From: Bacteroidales bacterium
Lineage (GTDB): Bacteria; Bacteroidota; Bacteroidia; Bacteroidales; UBA12077
Assembly: GCA_019038645.1 (NCBI GenBank)
Contig: JAHOYT010000017.1
Span: 15,039-79,038, forward strand
Direction of reading: 5' to 3'
DNA: 64,000 bases
Shown: in pieces, positions 1-8,771 of the stretch
Layout of the letters: every line of letters begins with the position of its first letter
Numbering within the stretch: position 1 is the stretch's first letter
Notes under the pieces: model-generated
Seen by the model: the letters and a program-made list of their open reading frames with translations, nothing else
Told to the model about the DNA's origin: nothing
Database searches by the model: none
Made by a program: the position numbers and the translations under genes

Positions 1-780
1 CTGGCAAATATTAAACATAATATTACTATTGATGATCTTTCTCAGGCATTAAACCTGACAACTCACCAGATAACCGAAGATGAAAATATACTTAAAGGAA
101 TAGTGAAATTCGGAAATATAGATGCAAAAGAAATTATGAAATCGCGTGTAGATGTATTTTCTGTGGGAATTGAGACCGGATTTAAGGATTTGCTTGCATT
201 TATTGTTGAATCAGGTCATTCCAGAATTCCGGTATATTCAGAAACATTTGATAATATTAAAGGCATTCTTTTTATTAAAGACCTGTTACCACATTTCGAA
301 AAAAATGATAATTTCGATTGGCAATCTTTACTCAGAACTCCATATTTTGTTCCCGAAAATAAAAAAATTAACGACCTGCTTCAGGAATTTCAGAAAAACA
401 AGGTTCATATGGCCATTGTTATTGATGAGTATGGCGGAACAAGTGGTATTGTAACTCTCGAGGATGTTCTGGAAGAAATAGTTGGTGAAATAACCGACGA
501 ATCTGACGAAGACGAAATCATTTATTCCAAAATAAACGAAAACACTTATATTTTTGAAGGGAAAACATTGCTTAATGATTTTTTAAAAATTGTTGATATT
601 GAAGACGACTATTTTGAAGATATAAAAGGTGATGCTGATACAATAGCCGGAATTATCCTTGAAATTACAGGTGAAATCCCGGCAAAAAATAAAAAAATTG
701 AATATAAAAACCTTAACTTTACCATCGAATCAGTTGATAAACGCCGCATTAAACAGATAAAAGTTATTATCAACGAATAA
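1..780 (+). CDS. gldE: GldE-like CNNM/CorC-family protein, C-terminal part (5' end upstream of window)
   Basis: Frame 1 is open from nt 1 (LANIKHNITIDDLSQ...), so the listed ORF 103..780 is only the tail of a longer gene. It has a CBS-pair-like region (SRIPVY...HMAIVIDEYGGTSGIVTLEDVLEEIVGEI) and a CorC/HlyC-type C-terminus. gldD follows directly, as in Flavobacterium johnsoniae. Confidence 0.75.
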   Translation: MANIKHNITIDDLSQALNLTTHQITEDENILKGIVKFGNIDAKEIMKSRVDVFSVGIETGFKDLLAFIVESGHSRIPVYSETFDNIKGILFIKDLLPHFEKNDNFDWQSLLRTPYFVPENKKINDLLQEFQKNKVHMAIVIDEYGGTSGIVTLEDVLEEIVGEITDESDEDEIIYSKINENTYIFEGKTLLNDFLKIVDIEDDYFEDIKGDADTIAGIILEITGEIPAKNKKIEYKNLNFTIESVDKRRIKQIKVIINE

Positions 781-793
781 TCAAAAAACATGT

Positions 794-1381
794 ATGCTTA
801 AACCTGGTATACTAACATACATTAATGTGATTGCAATTAGCATTCTTATTTTTTTATCGGGATGCAACAAAAAAAACACACCCAAACCAAGAGGGTTTTT
901 CAGGATTGATTTACATGAAAAACAATATAAGAGATTGGATGAAAATTTCCCTTTTTCGTTTAATTATCCTGTTTATACAGTAATAAATAAAGATAAAAGT
1001 AAAAGCAGTGAAAACTACTGGTTTAATATTGAATATCCTGATATAAACGGCAAAATACATATCAGTTATATAAAAATAGATGAGAACCTGGATGAAATTA
1101 TTGAAGATACACGAAAACTGGCATATAAACACACGGTTAAAGCTGAAGCAATTAACGAAAGGGTTTTTTTTAGACCCGAAAATGATGTTTACGGTATTTT
1201 ATATGAAATTGAAGGCAATGCTGCTTCATCAATGCAGTTCTTTTTAACTGACAGTATAAATCATTATCTTCGTGGGGCACTTTATTTTAATTGCGAGCCG
1301 GATAAAGACTCTCTTGCTCCGGTTATCAAATTTGTCAAAGAAGATATTGTTATATTAATGGAATCACTTGAGTGGGAATAA
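794..1381 (+). CDS. gldD: Gliding motility lipoprotein GldD
   Basis: Lipoprotein signal (ILIFLSGC) followed by the GldD-typical PKPRGFFRIDLHEKQY segment. Lies immediately downstream of gldE. Confidence 0.75.
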   Translation: MLKPGILTYINVIAISILIFLSGCNKKNTPKPRGFFRIDLHEKQYKRLDENFPFSFNYPVYTVINKDKSKSSENYWFNIEYPDINGKIHISYIKIDENLDEIIEDTRKLAYKHTVKAEAINERVFFRPENDVYGILYEIEGNAASSMQFFLTDSINHYLRGALYFNCEPDKDSLAPVIKFVKEDIVILMESLEWE

Positions 1382-1392
1382 CATGAATAGCG

Positions 1393-2025
1393 ATGGGATT
1401 AATATTAAAAGAACGTATTAAAGATGATGTAAAATTTGGTCTTTGGGAAATTACGGAAGATTATGACACCCTTCGATCAAATCTCAAACTTGACCAAGAA
1501 GATATTACTACGGTTGAAAACTTTAAAAATCACCGGAGAAAACTTGAATGGCTTAGTGTGAGAATTCTTTTAAAAAGAATGTTAGGTAAAGATTCCAAAA
1601 TTGTTTACGGACCAGAACGAAAACCATACTTACATAATAATTTATATAACATTAGCATATCTCACTCAAAAGATTTCACAGCAATTTTAATAGGTAAAAA
1701 ACGAAGGGTAGGATTAGATCTTGAATTTATGACCTCTAAAATATTGCGGATTGCCGATAAGTTTTTACGTCCTGAAGAACTGGAAAATATTGAAAAAGAC
1801 CAGAAGTTATATCATTTGTACTTACACTGGTGCGCAAAGGAAGCTCTTTATAAAATTTGTGATAAAGTTGATATCAATTTCGTAACTAACCTGAATATAG
1901 ATCCTTTCAAACCTAAAGAAAATGGCCTTATGGTTGGTGCAGTAAATAATAGTTATATGAATGAGAAATTTACATTGAATTATTTTACCTTAAAAAATTA
2001 TTCTATTGTTTGGTGTTATAAATAA
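1393..2025 (+). CDS. 4'-phosphopantetheinyl transferase (Sfp-type)
   Basis: Carries the PPTase motifs VGLDLE (Mg ligands) and WCAKEALYK. Confidence 0.8.
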   Translation: MGLILKERIKDDVKFGLWEITEDYDTLRSNLKLDQEDITTVENFKNHRRKLEWLSVRILLKRMLGKDSKIVYGPERKPYLHNNLYNISISHSKDFTAILIGKKRRVGLDLEFMTSKILRIADKFLRPEELENIEKDQKLYHLYLHWCAKEALYKICDKVDINFVTNLNIDPFKPKENGLMVGAVNNSYMNEKFTLNYFTLKNYSIVWCYK

Positions 2026-2078
2026 CTGTTGGTATATCAATATTATGTTATCTTTATTCCTGTAACAACTCTAATTTT

Positions 2079-2807
2079 ATGATTACTCAGTTAATAAACC
2101 AACACGTTAATCAAAATAAAAAGCTTTTTGCATTACTTGTTGATCCGGATCATCATACAGACGATTCGCTTCTGAGTATAGTTAAACTTGCTGTAAAATC
2201 AGAGGTTGATCTGATTCTTGTAGGAGGAAGTATATTGCTGAGTTCAATTGATCATTCTATTGATTTAATTAAAAAAAATACTAGTATTCCTGTTATCCTT
2301 TTTCCTGGCAATTTATTACAAATTAACAATAAAGCCGATGGCATAATGCTTCTTTCTCTGATCTCAGGAAGAAATCCGGATTTACTAATAGGGAATCACG
2401 TAATAGCAGCGTCAGCCTTAAAAAACAGTAGTCTGGAAATTCTACCCACAGGCTACATTCTGATTGATGGAGGAAAAGCAAGCTCAGTGGAATACATGAG
2501 CAATACAAGACCGATTCCGTCAGACAAAACGGATATTGCAATATCAACTGCCATTGCCGGTGAAATGATTGGATTAAAGTACATATACCTTGAAGCTGGC
2601 AGCGGAGCACTTAAAAAACCAAACTCCAGGTTAATTGAAGGAGTCAAAAAGAACATATCTATCCCTATAATAGTTGGAGGAGGATTAAATAACCCTGATG
2701 ATATTAAAGAGGCAATCAATGCCGGAGCTGATATAATAGTTGTTGGAACTGCTGTAGAAGAAAACCCTTCAATACTTCCTGATTTAGTACATGCCTGCAA
2801 AATATAA
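2079..2807 (+). CDS. Geranylgeranylglyceryl/heptaprenylglyceryl phosphate synthase family protein (PcrB/GGGPS-like)
   Basis: 242-aa TIM-barrel-like protein with LLVDPD...DLILVGGS...YIYLEAGSGA...IIVGGGL...IVVGTA, the pattern of the GGGPS/PcrB family. Confidence 0.8.
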   Translation: MITQLINQHVNQNKKLFALLVDPDHHTDDSLLSIVKLAVKSEVDLILVGGSILLSSIDHSIDLIKKNTSIPVILFPGNLLQINNKADGIMLLSLISGRNPDLLIGNHVIAASALKNSSLEILPTGYILIDGGKASSVEYMSNTRPIPSDKTDIAISTAIAGEMIGLKYIYLEAGSGALKKPNSRLIEGVKKNISIPIIVGGGLNNPDDIKEAINAGADIIVVGTAVEENPSILPDLVHACKI

Positions 2808-2911
2808 ATTTATATTACCATTATTTGCACCAATCTTAATTAAACCCTGGATAAATTTTCCCGTCTAAAATATTGCATTTTATCGATTTGGAAGATTATA
2901 AAAAAATCATA

Positions 2912-3478
2912 ATGAGTAATGAAAAAATAAATACAGTTCACCAGGAATTGATTGGAGAAATCTGGAAGCCATTATGTATTGAAGATATGGCAATTAATGA
3001 AAAATATGAAATCTCTAATTATGGCAGAATAAAAAGTTATAAAGTTAATAAGGAGGATGGAATTATTATTGCGGGTTCATGTTTAAAAGGATATAAAATT
3101 TTAAATATCAAATTAAAAAGCGAAAAACGCACAACAAAATATATTCACAAACTGGTTGCAGAATGTTTTATTCCAAAAGATGATATTTTACAACATTATG
3201 TTATTCATTTGGATTTTGACAAAATCAATAATCATGTTGACAATTTAAAATGGGTTACAAAAGAAACTATGTTTGCCCATCAAAAAATAAACCCCAATTA
3301 TAAACGGGGAGCAATAAATTACTCCAAACTTACAGAAACAGACGTAATACGATTAAAGAAAAAATTAAAAAGAGGTAAAAACAAGTTGTACAAACTTGCG
3401 AAGGAATTTGGTATTACACATACACAGCTAAACAGAATTCGCAGCGGCGAAAACTGGGGTCATGTGAAAATTGATTAG
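2912..3478 (+). CDS. NUMOD4 motif / HNH_3 homing-endonuclease-like protein with C-terminal HTH
   Basis: NUMOD4 (GEIWKPL...YEISNYGRIKS), HNH_3 core (IHKLVAECFI...VIHLDFDKINNHVDNLKWVT) and a C-terminal HTH-like LAKEFGITHTQLNRIRSGENWGHV. The track begins at a TTG (2873); the ATG at 2912 (MSNEK) is the more likely start. Confidence 0.7.
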   Translation: MSNEKINTVHQELIGEIWKPLCIEDMAINEKYEISNYGRIKSYKVNKEDGIIIAGSCLKGYKILNIKLKSEKRTTKYIHKLVAECFIPKDDILQHYVIHLDFDKINNHVDNLKWVTKETMFAHQKINPNYKRGAINYSKLTETDVIRLKKKLKRGKNKLYKLAKEFGITHTQLNRIRSGENWGHVKID

Positions 3479-3663
3479 AGCATTTCCGGAATTAAGGTTG
3501 CCAGTAACCTTCAAAGACTAATCCCGATAAATTCTTCTTTGGTAATTTAGGATTCATCGAAGAAATTTGTTATAAATAGTTTCTCAACATTATTGGGATT
3601 AGCTTTTTCATTTTTTTAAATATTTTTTTTGTATCTTGGGTTTTAAATTTTAACCCAAAATCA

Positions 3664-6582
3664 ATGAAAAATCTATTCCGTTATTTGCTCTTTTTTTTAA
3701 TTATTACATTATGTCTTTCACTACAAAATAATGTTTTAGCACAAGAGCACGAAAAAGAAACAACTGAGGTATCAGTTCATCAGGATCAGAATAATACTCA
3801 TGAAGAAGCTCATGCAGAGGAGTCGGACCATTCCGGAACTATGAGTCCATTATTCTTTATTATTATTGCATTAATTATTGGAGCTGCAACGCGTCATTTT
3901 CTAAAAAAGAGTCCAATTCCTTTTACTGTTTCCTTATTGATTATTGGTTTGATTTTAGGAGTAATGTCGCGACTTGGATATTTTGGCGAATGGAATATAA
4001 TCGGATTAAAGTTAGATGCTACTTTTCTTAGTGATGCTGTTGGTTGGGCAGGACATATTGATCCACATCTTATACTATATATCTTTTTACCTACTTTGAT
4101 TTTTGAAGCAGCATTTGCAATGGATGTTCATACATTTAAAAAAACATCAGCAAATGCATTTATTCTTGCCGTTCCCGGAATCATAGTCGCTATAGTACTC
4201 ACTGCTTTAATAGTAGTCGGAATGAAAATGGTAGGAATAGGGCTTAATAAATGGAGTTGGTCAATGGCCTTACTATTTGGTGCAGTTGTTAGTGCTACAG
4301 ATCCGGTAGCAGTTGTATCAATACTTAAAGATGTTGGTGCAAGCAAAAAGCTGGGAACACTAATTGAAGGAGAATCGATGTTAAATGATGGTACGGCAAT
4401 TGTTATTTTCATGGTACTGCTTTTAGGTATTACAGGTGCAGGGTCTGATACTTCGCCGATAATAGAATTTTTCAGAGTAGCTGTTGGTGGTACTTTAGTA
4501 GGAATTATTGTTGGCTATATTGTTATCGCATGGGTTAAAAAAGTGTTTAATGATGCATTGGTTGAAATAACCGTAATTGTTGCCGCTGCTTATATGACCT
4601 TTTTTGTTGCTGAACATTTCTTACATGTATCAGGTGTTCTTGGTTTAGTAGCATTTGGTTTATTCATGGCTAGTGTTGGCCGAACAAGAATTAGTCCTGA
4701 AGTGGAGCACTTCTTACACGAATTCTGGGAGCTATTTGCTTTTATAGCGAATACATTGATTTTCTTAATTGTGGGTGTTGTTATTGCAAATAATATTGTA
4801 TTTACCGCAAATGATTTCTTGATTTTAATAATGCTTTATGTTGGTATTCATATTGTACGGGCAATTGTTATTGCAATTTTCTTCCCAATCATGAAAAAGG
4901 CCGGATACGGATTACCTAAGAAAAACGCCTATGTTCTTTGGTGGGGAGCTTTACGTGGTGCTATAGGATTAGCACTTGCTTTAATTGTTGCAGGAGAATC
5001 AAAAATAGATGGAGTAATAAGAGATCAGTTCTTATTTTATACTGCCGGAATTGTGACTCTTACTCTGGTGGTTAATGCAACAACTATTAAAGTTCTTCTT
5101 AGTTGGTTAGGATTAACAGATATTCCTCCTGCTAAACAAAAAATGATATTAAATGCTAAAAGCTATCTGCGGAATACAGCAGAAAACTCAATGGATAAAC
5201 TAAAATCAGACCGGTTCCTTAGCAGGGCAAACTGGGAAAGTGTTAAAGCTTATTTGCCGGAAGAACCTGAAAATATTGATATTAAACTTGACGAGGGAAA
5301 ACATTCTAACTTATACGAAACCAGAAGACGTATACTTGAAAAAGAAAAGAGTAGTTACTGGAATCAATTTAAGGAAGGGCTGTTAGGACCAATTGCAGTT
5401 CGAAATTTAACCGATGCAATTAACGAAATTATTGATTCCGATGGAAAAATTTCCTTGTCAGAAAGAAAGGATCTGGAACAATTGTGGCAAACACCAAAGT
5501 TCCTCAACAAACTTCAATCTATACCAATTCTTAGTAATATTTCTCAAAGATTCTTTTTTGAACGATTAACAAATAGTTACGATGCGGCAAGAGGTTTTGT
5601 GGAAGCACAGTATGAAACATTAAAACTAGCTGAGGGAATGGCTATAAGCTCAGATACTGAGGAATTAACAATTGATCAGGATTTGGCAACAATAGAAAGT
5701 GAAATTAACGAAAATAGAATTCATGGTTTAACATTCTTAAGAAATCTTAGAAATACTTTTCCTGAAATTTATGATGCTATTGCAACACGTCAGGCAATAC
5801 GATCAAACTTAAATAATGAATTGAAAATTGTTGAGCGATTACAAAAGAAAGGGCAAATTGGTTCTGACGAAGCACACAAAATGACGCACAGCATTGAGGA
5901 AAGAATGAAGAAGCTTATCGACTCTCCACCAGAAATTGTACCTCCTGAAAAAGCTAAATTATTGCAGGACATTTCATGGTTAAAAGAGTTGGATAAAGCA
6001 ACATTTACCAAAATAGTTAGTTTATTTCAGCATCGCAATTATGCTGTTGGTGAAAAAATTATTAAAGAACATGGTCACGTCGATGGATTATATATAATTG
6101 CACGTGGTTCTGTAAAAATTACAATTAATAAAAAACTAATTGATATCTTAAGCAAAGGTAGTGTTATAGGAGAAATAGCAGTATTGACTAATGTTCCCAG
6201 AACTGCTACTGTTACAGCCGAATCTCCGGTTACAGTTCTTAGACTGACTTCAGTAAGTATGCAACAAGTTATTCATGATAACAAAACACTGGAAGATAAA
6301 CTATGGGAAATTGCAGCACCACGTCTTGCTGAAAATGTAGTAACAGGGTATGATCCATACAATAAAATGCAGCATGCTGAACTCCAAAGATTACTTTCTA
6401 AGAGTGAGTTAATTCTTGCAAAAAAAGTACGTAATATTGATCTTGAAGATAAAGTTGCAGTACTTATTACGGGAAAAGCTATAAAATCAAATAACGAAAA
6501 TATAGAAGCTCCTTGTTTCATCGACGACAAAGCCATTACACTAAGCCGAAATAGCAGATTACTAATCTGTTCTAAAGGATAA
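3664..6582 (+). CDS. CPA1 (NhaP-type) cation:proton antiporter fused to a C-terminal cyclic-nucleotide-binding domain
   Basis: Signal-like N-terminus, a His/Glu-rich segment and about 12 hydrophobic helices with exchanger-type motifs (ATDPVAV, ESMLNDGTAIV). A long charged linker follows, then a CNBD with phosphate-binding cassette GEIAVLTNVPRTATVTA. Confidence 0.85.
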   Translation: MKNLFRYLLFFLIITLCLSLQNNVLAQEHEKETTEVSVHQDQNNTHEEAHAEESDHSGTMSPLFFIIIALIIGAATRHFLKKSPIPFTVSLLIIGLILGVMSRLGYFGEWNIIGLKLDATFLSDAVGWAGHIDPHLILYIFLPTLIFEAAFAMDVHTFKKTSANAFILAVPGIIVAIVLTALIVVGMKMVGIGLNKWSWSMALLFGAVVSATDPVAVVSILKDVGASKKLGTLIEGESMLNDGTAIVIFMVLLLGITGAGSDTSPIIEFFRVAVGGTLVGIIVGYIVIAWVKKVFNDALVEITVIVAAAYMTFFVAEHFLHVSGVLGLVAFGLFMASVGRTRISPEVEHFLHEFWELFAFIANTLIFLIVGVVIANNIVFTANDFLILIMLYVGIHIVRAIVIAIFFPIMKKAGYGLPKKNAYVLWWGALRGAIGLALALIVAGESKIDGVIRDQFLFYTAGIVTLTLVVNATTIKVLLSWLGLTDIPPAKQKMILNAKSYLRNTAENSMDKLKSDRFLSRANWESVKAYLPEEPENIDIKLDEGKHSNLYETRRRILEKEKSSYWNQFKEGLLGPIAVRNLTDAINEIIDSDGKISLSERKDLEQLWQTPKFLNKLQSIPILSNISQRFFFERLTNSYDAARGFVEAQYETLKLAEGMAISSDTEELTIDQDLATIESEINENRIHGLTFLRNLRNTFPEIYDAIATRQAIRSNLNNELKIVERLQKKGQIGSDEAHKMTHSIEERMKKLIDSPPEIVPPEKAKLLQDISWLKELDKATFTKIVSLFQHRNYAVGEKIIKEHGHVDGLYIIARGSVKITINKKLIDILSKGSVIGEIAVLTNVPRTATVTAESPVTVLRLTSVSMQQVIHDNKTLEDKLWEIAAPRLAENVVTGYDPYNKMQHAELQRLLSKSELILAKKVRNIDLEDKVAVLITGKAIKSNNENIEAPCFIDDKAITLSRNSRLLICSKG

Positions 6583-6602
6583 ATACTCGATTATTATGTA
6601 AT

Positions 6603-6630
6603 AAAAGCGTCAGTATATACTGACGCTTTT
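6603..6630. terminator. Bidirectional intrinsic terminator between convergent genes
   Basis: Perfect palindrome aaaagcgtcagta-ta-tactgacgctttt, with A-run and T-run flanks. Confidence 0.7.
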
Positions 6631-6722
6631 GTTGTCTGGAATCGTCTTAATCGGATTTATATAAGCAAGTAAAGGAATGATTTTTACAGTGTAAGAATAG
6701 ATCTTATTATTCCTAAAAAAAT

Positions 6723-8375
6723 CTAATCTATAATTTTATAAACCGGTTTGCCAATTGAAGCATTTGGTGAAGTAATTTTCAAAATCCAGGCAATTGTCGG
6801 AGCTATATCAATAATTTCCACCGGAGTATCAATTCGTTTATTTATCACTTGCCATCCGTACCAGATTAAAGGTACGTGTGTATCATAATTATATCCTGAA
6901 CCTGACTTCGTAACATAACCATTTTTCTCAATCCATCCTGGTTCAAGATTAATAATTACATCACCGGATCTTTTCTGATGGAAGCTATTCTGAATTTTAC
7001 GGTTAATTCCCGATTCAAAATTTGTTGAATTAATTGTCGATGCCGGAAGCGCGTTTGCTACTCCTGAAAACTGAACCATGAAATTCGCCACCTTATTCTG
7101 TATCTCTTCTAAATCAACACCACTCTGATCAATTAAACTCTGGTTAAAATAGATTTGTCTCGAATAATAGGACTTTATCCATTCACCTTCCTGGTAAAGA
7201 ATACTTAAATAACTGTTTAACAAGGCAACAGCCTTTTCACCATCAAAAACACCGGCATTTTGTTTTTTGGAAATAAGATATTCAGGAACATCAGAAACAC
7301 CTCTGTCTGATGTTATATAAATTAAGGTATTTTCTAATCCTATTTCATTTTCAAGGAAGTTGATTAAATGTTCCAGATCATTATCAAGGCGCAGAAAAAT
7401 ATCTTCTATTTCAACGGATCTTGGTCCAAACAATTCACCACTATAATTTGTAGCCGAAAAACTAATTGTCAGAAAATCTGTAAAATCATCCTTTCCTAAA
7501 TTTTCGCCAATAATAGAAGTTATAGCAAAATCTTTTGTATATGTATTTCCAAAAGGAGTATATTTTAAATATTTATAGTTCCCTGATCGTCTTTGTAAAT
7601 AGGATAAATCATATGGAAATGTATATCGGTAATTTCTAAATCCAATTTCAAAATCACTATCATCAGGCAGACTTTTTTTATAGTTATCCATAAGTGAATA
7701 CATGCTTGCCCAGTTCTTTCGCATATATACATTCTGAAACCCTTTTGAGTTAAACGTTTCTACCCAATCCGGTAAAGAGTTATTATAATAATTACCTGTA
7801 ATCCAGCTGCCGTCTTTATCATTAAACCAAAATGCGTAATCTGCCAGTCTTCCTCCCGAAATTACTGCTGAAACCGGATTCATGGATACAGATACAACTT
7901 TCGAACTATCATTCGATGACAATTTGAGTTCATCACCAATAGTAGAAGTCAATATATTCTTTGGAGTATAATTTCCTAAGGAAATTTTTCCATTTATTAA
8001 ATTAAACCCGGATTTGTCAGCACATCCAACAGTTTCATTTTTAAGCCTATCATACCACTCATCCGATATTATTCCATGGTATGACGGATATGTTCCGGTA
8101 ACAATTCCTGCCTGTCCAACTCCATTTTGTGTAATTAAATAATTATGATGAACCTGAGTACAGAATGCACCTTCATTTATTATTTTTTTAAACCCATTTT
8201 CTCCAAATGAATCCCAATAACGAAGTAGCATCTCATAACGCATTTCCTCAACAACAATACCAACAACAAGTTTAGGGGGCTTATTTAGCTGATCCTGAGC
8301 TTTTAAAAAAGAATTGAATATAATAACTAAACTAATTATGAAAAAAAATCTAAGTGTATTTTTTCTGAATAACAT
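6723..8375 (-). CDS. Secreted alkaline-phosphatase-superfamily protein (PafA/NPP-like) with degenerate active site
   Basis: Signal peptide. Colinear by eye with PafA/NPP motifs (KLVVGIVVEEMR; ITQNGVGQAGIVTGTYPSYHGI; SATNYSGELFGP; ITSDRGV), but the nucleophile and several metal-ligand positions are substituted. Confidence 0.8.
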   Translation of the reverse strand: MLFRKNTLRFFFIISLVIIFNSFLKAQDQLNKPPKLVVGIVVEEMRYEMLLRYWDSFGENGFKKIINEGAFCTQVHHNYLITQNGVGQAGIVTGTYPSYHGIISDEWYDRLKNETVGCADKSGFNLINGKISLGNYTPKNILTSTIGDELKLSSNDSSKVVSVSMNPVSAVISGGRLADYAFWFNDKDGSWITGNYYNNSLPDWVETFNSKGFQNVYMRKNWASMYSLMDNYKKSLPDDSDFEIGFRNYRYTFPYDLSYLQRRSGNYKYLKYTPFGNTYTKDFAITSIIGENLGKDDFTDFLTISFSATNYSGELFGPRSVEIEDIFLRLDNDLEHLINFLENEIGLENTLIYITSDRGVSDVPEYLISKKQNAGVFDGEKAVALLNSYLSILYQEGEWIKSYYSRQIYFNQSLIDQSGVDLEEIQNKVANFMVQFSGVANALPASTINSTNFESGINRKIQNSFHQKRSGDVIINLEPGWIEKNGYVTKSGSGYNYDTHVPLIWYGWQVINKRIDTPVEIIDIAPTIAWILKITSPNASIGKPVYKIID

Positions 8376-8392
8376 TTTTTCAGTTTTGAGAT

Positions 8393-8758
8393 TTATATAC
8401 TTCTTGCTAAAATAAATAAAACTCCGACTCCCAGGAAAATACTTACCAATAAATTTGCTGCGGCAAAATAATAATTCCCTGTTCTTAATAATTCAAATGT
8501 TTCGTAACTAAAAGTCGAAAAAGTACTGAAACCCCCACAAAAACCTATGATTAGCAATGCTTTTATAGTAGGCGAAATGATAAATTTATCGGCTGACAAA
8601 TACAAAATCACTCCAAGAATCACAGTGCTTATTACATTTGCAGTTAATGTGCCTACAGGGTTTATTTCTTTATAATCAGATGTAATAAATTTAGAAATAC
8701 CAAAACGGGTTACACTTCCTAAGCCTCCTCCTATAAAAATGGCAATCATTGTATTCAT
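8393..8758 (-). CDS. crcB: Fluoride efflux channel CrcB/FluC
   Basis: 121-aa protein with four hydrophobic helices and IFIGGGLGSVTRF...GFCGGFSTFSTF motifs. Confidence 0.9.
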   Translation of the reverse strand: MNTMIAIFIGGGLGSVTRFGISKFITSDYKEINPVGTLTANVISTVILGVILYLSADKFIISPTIKALLIIGFCGGFSTFSTFSYETFELLRTGNYYFAAANLLVSIFLGVGVLFILARSI

Positions 8759-8771
8759 AAACTAAATATTA

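Noticed and set aside
2808-3663. Considered whether the HNH gene marks an integrated mobile element or prophage remnant.
   Set aside because: There is no integrase, transposase or tRNA target. The only flanking direct repeat is an 8-mer (gataaatt), which is not significant in AT-rich DNA.
8759-8771. Looked for a fluoride riboswitch upstream of crcB.
   Set aside because: Only 13 nt separate the ychF stop from the crcB start, so there is no room for a crcB-motif RNA. crcB is probably co-transcribed with ychF.
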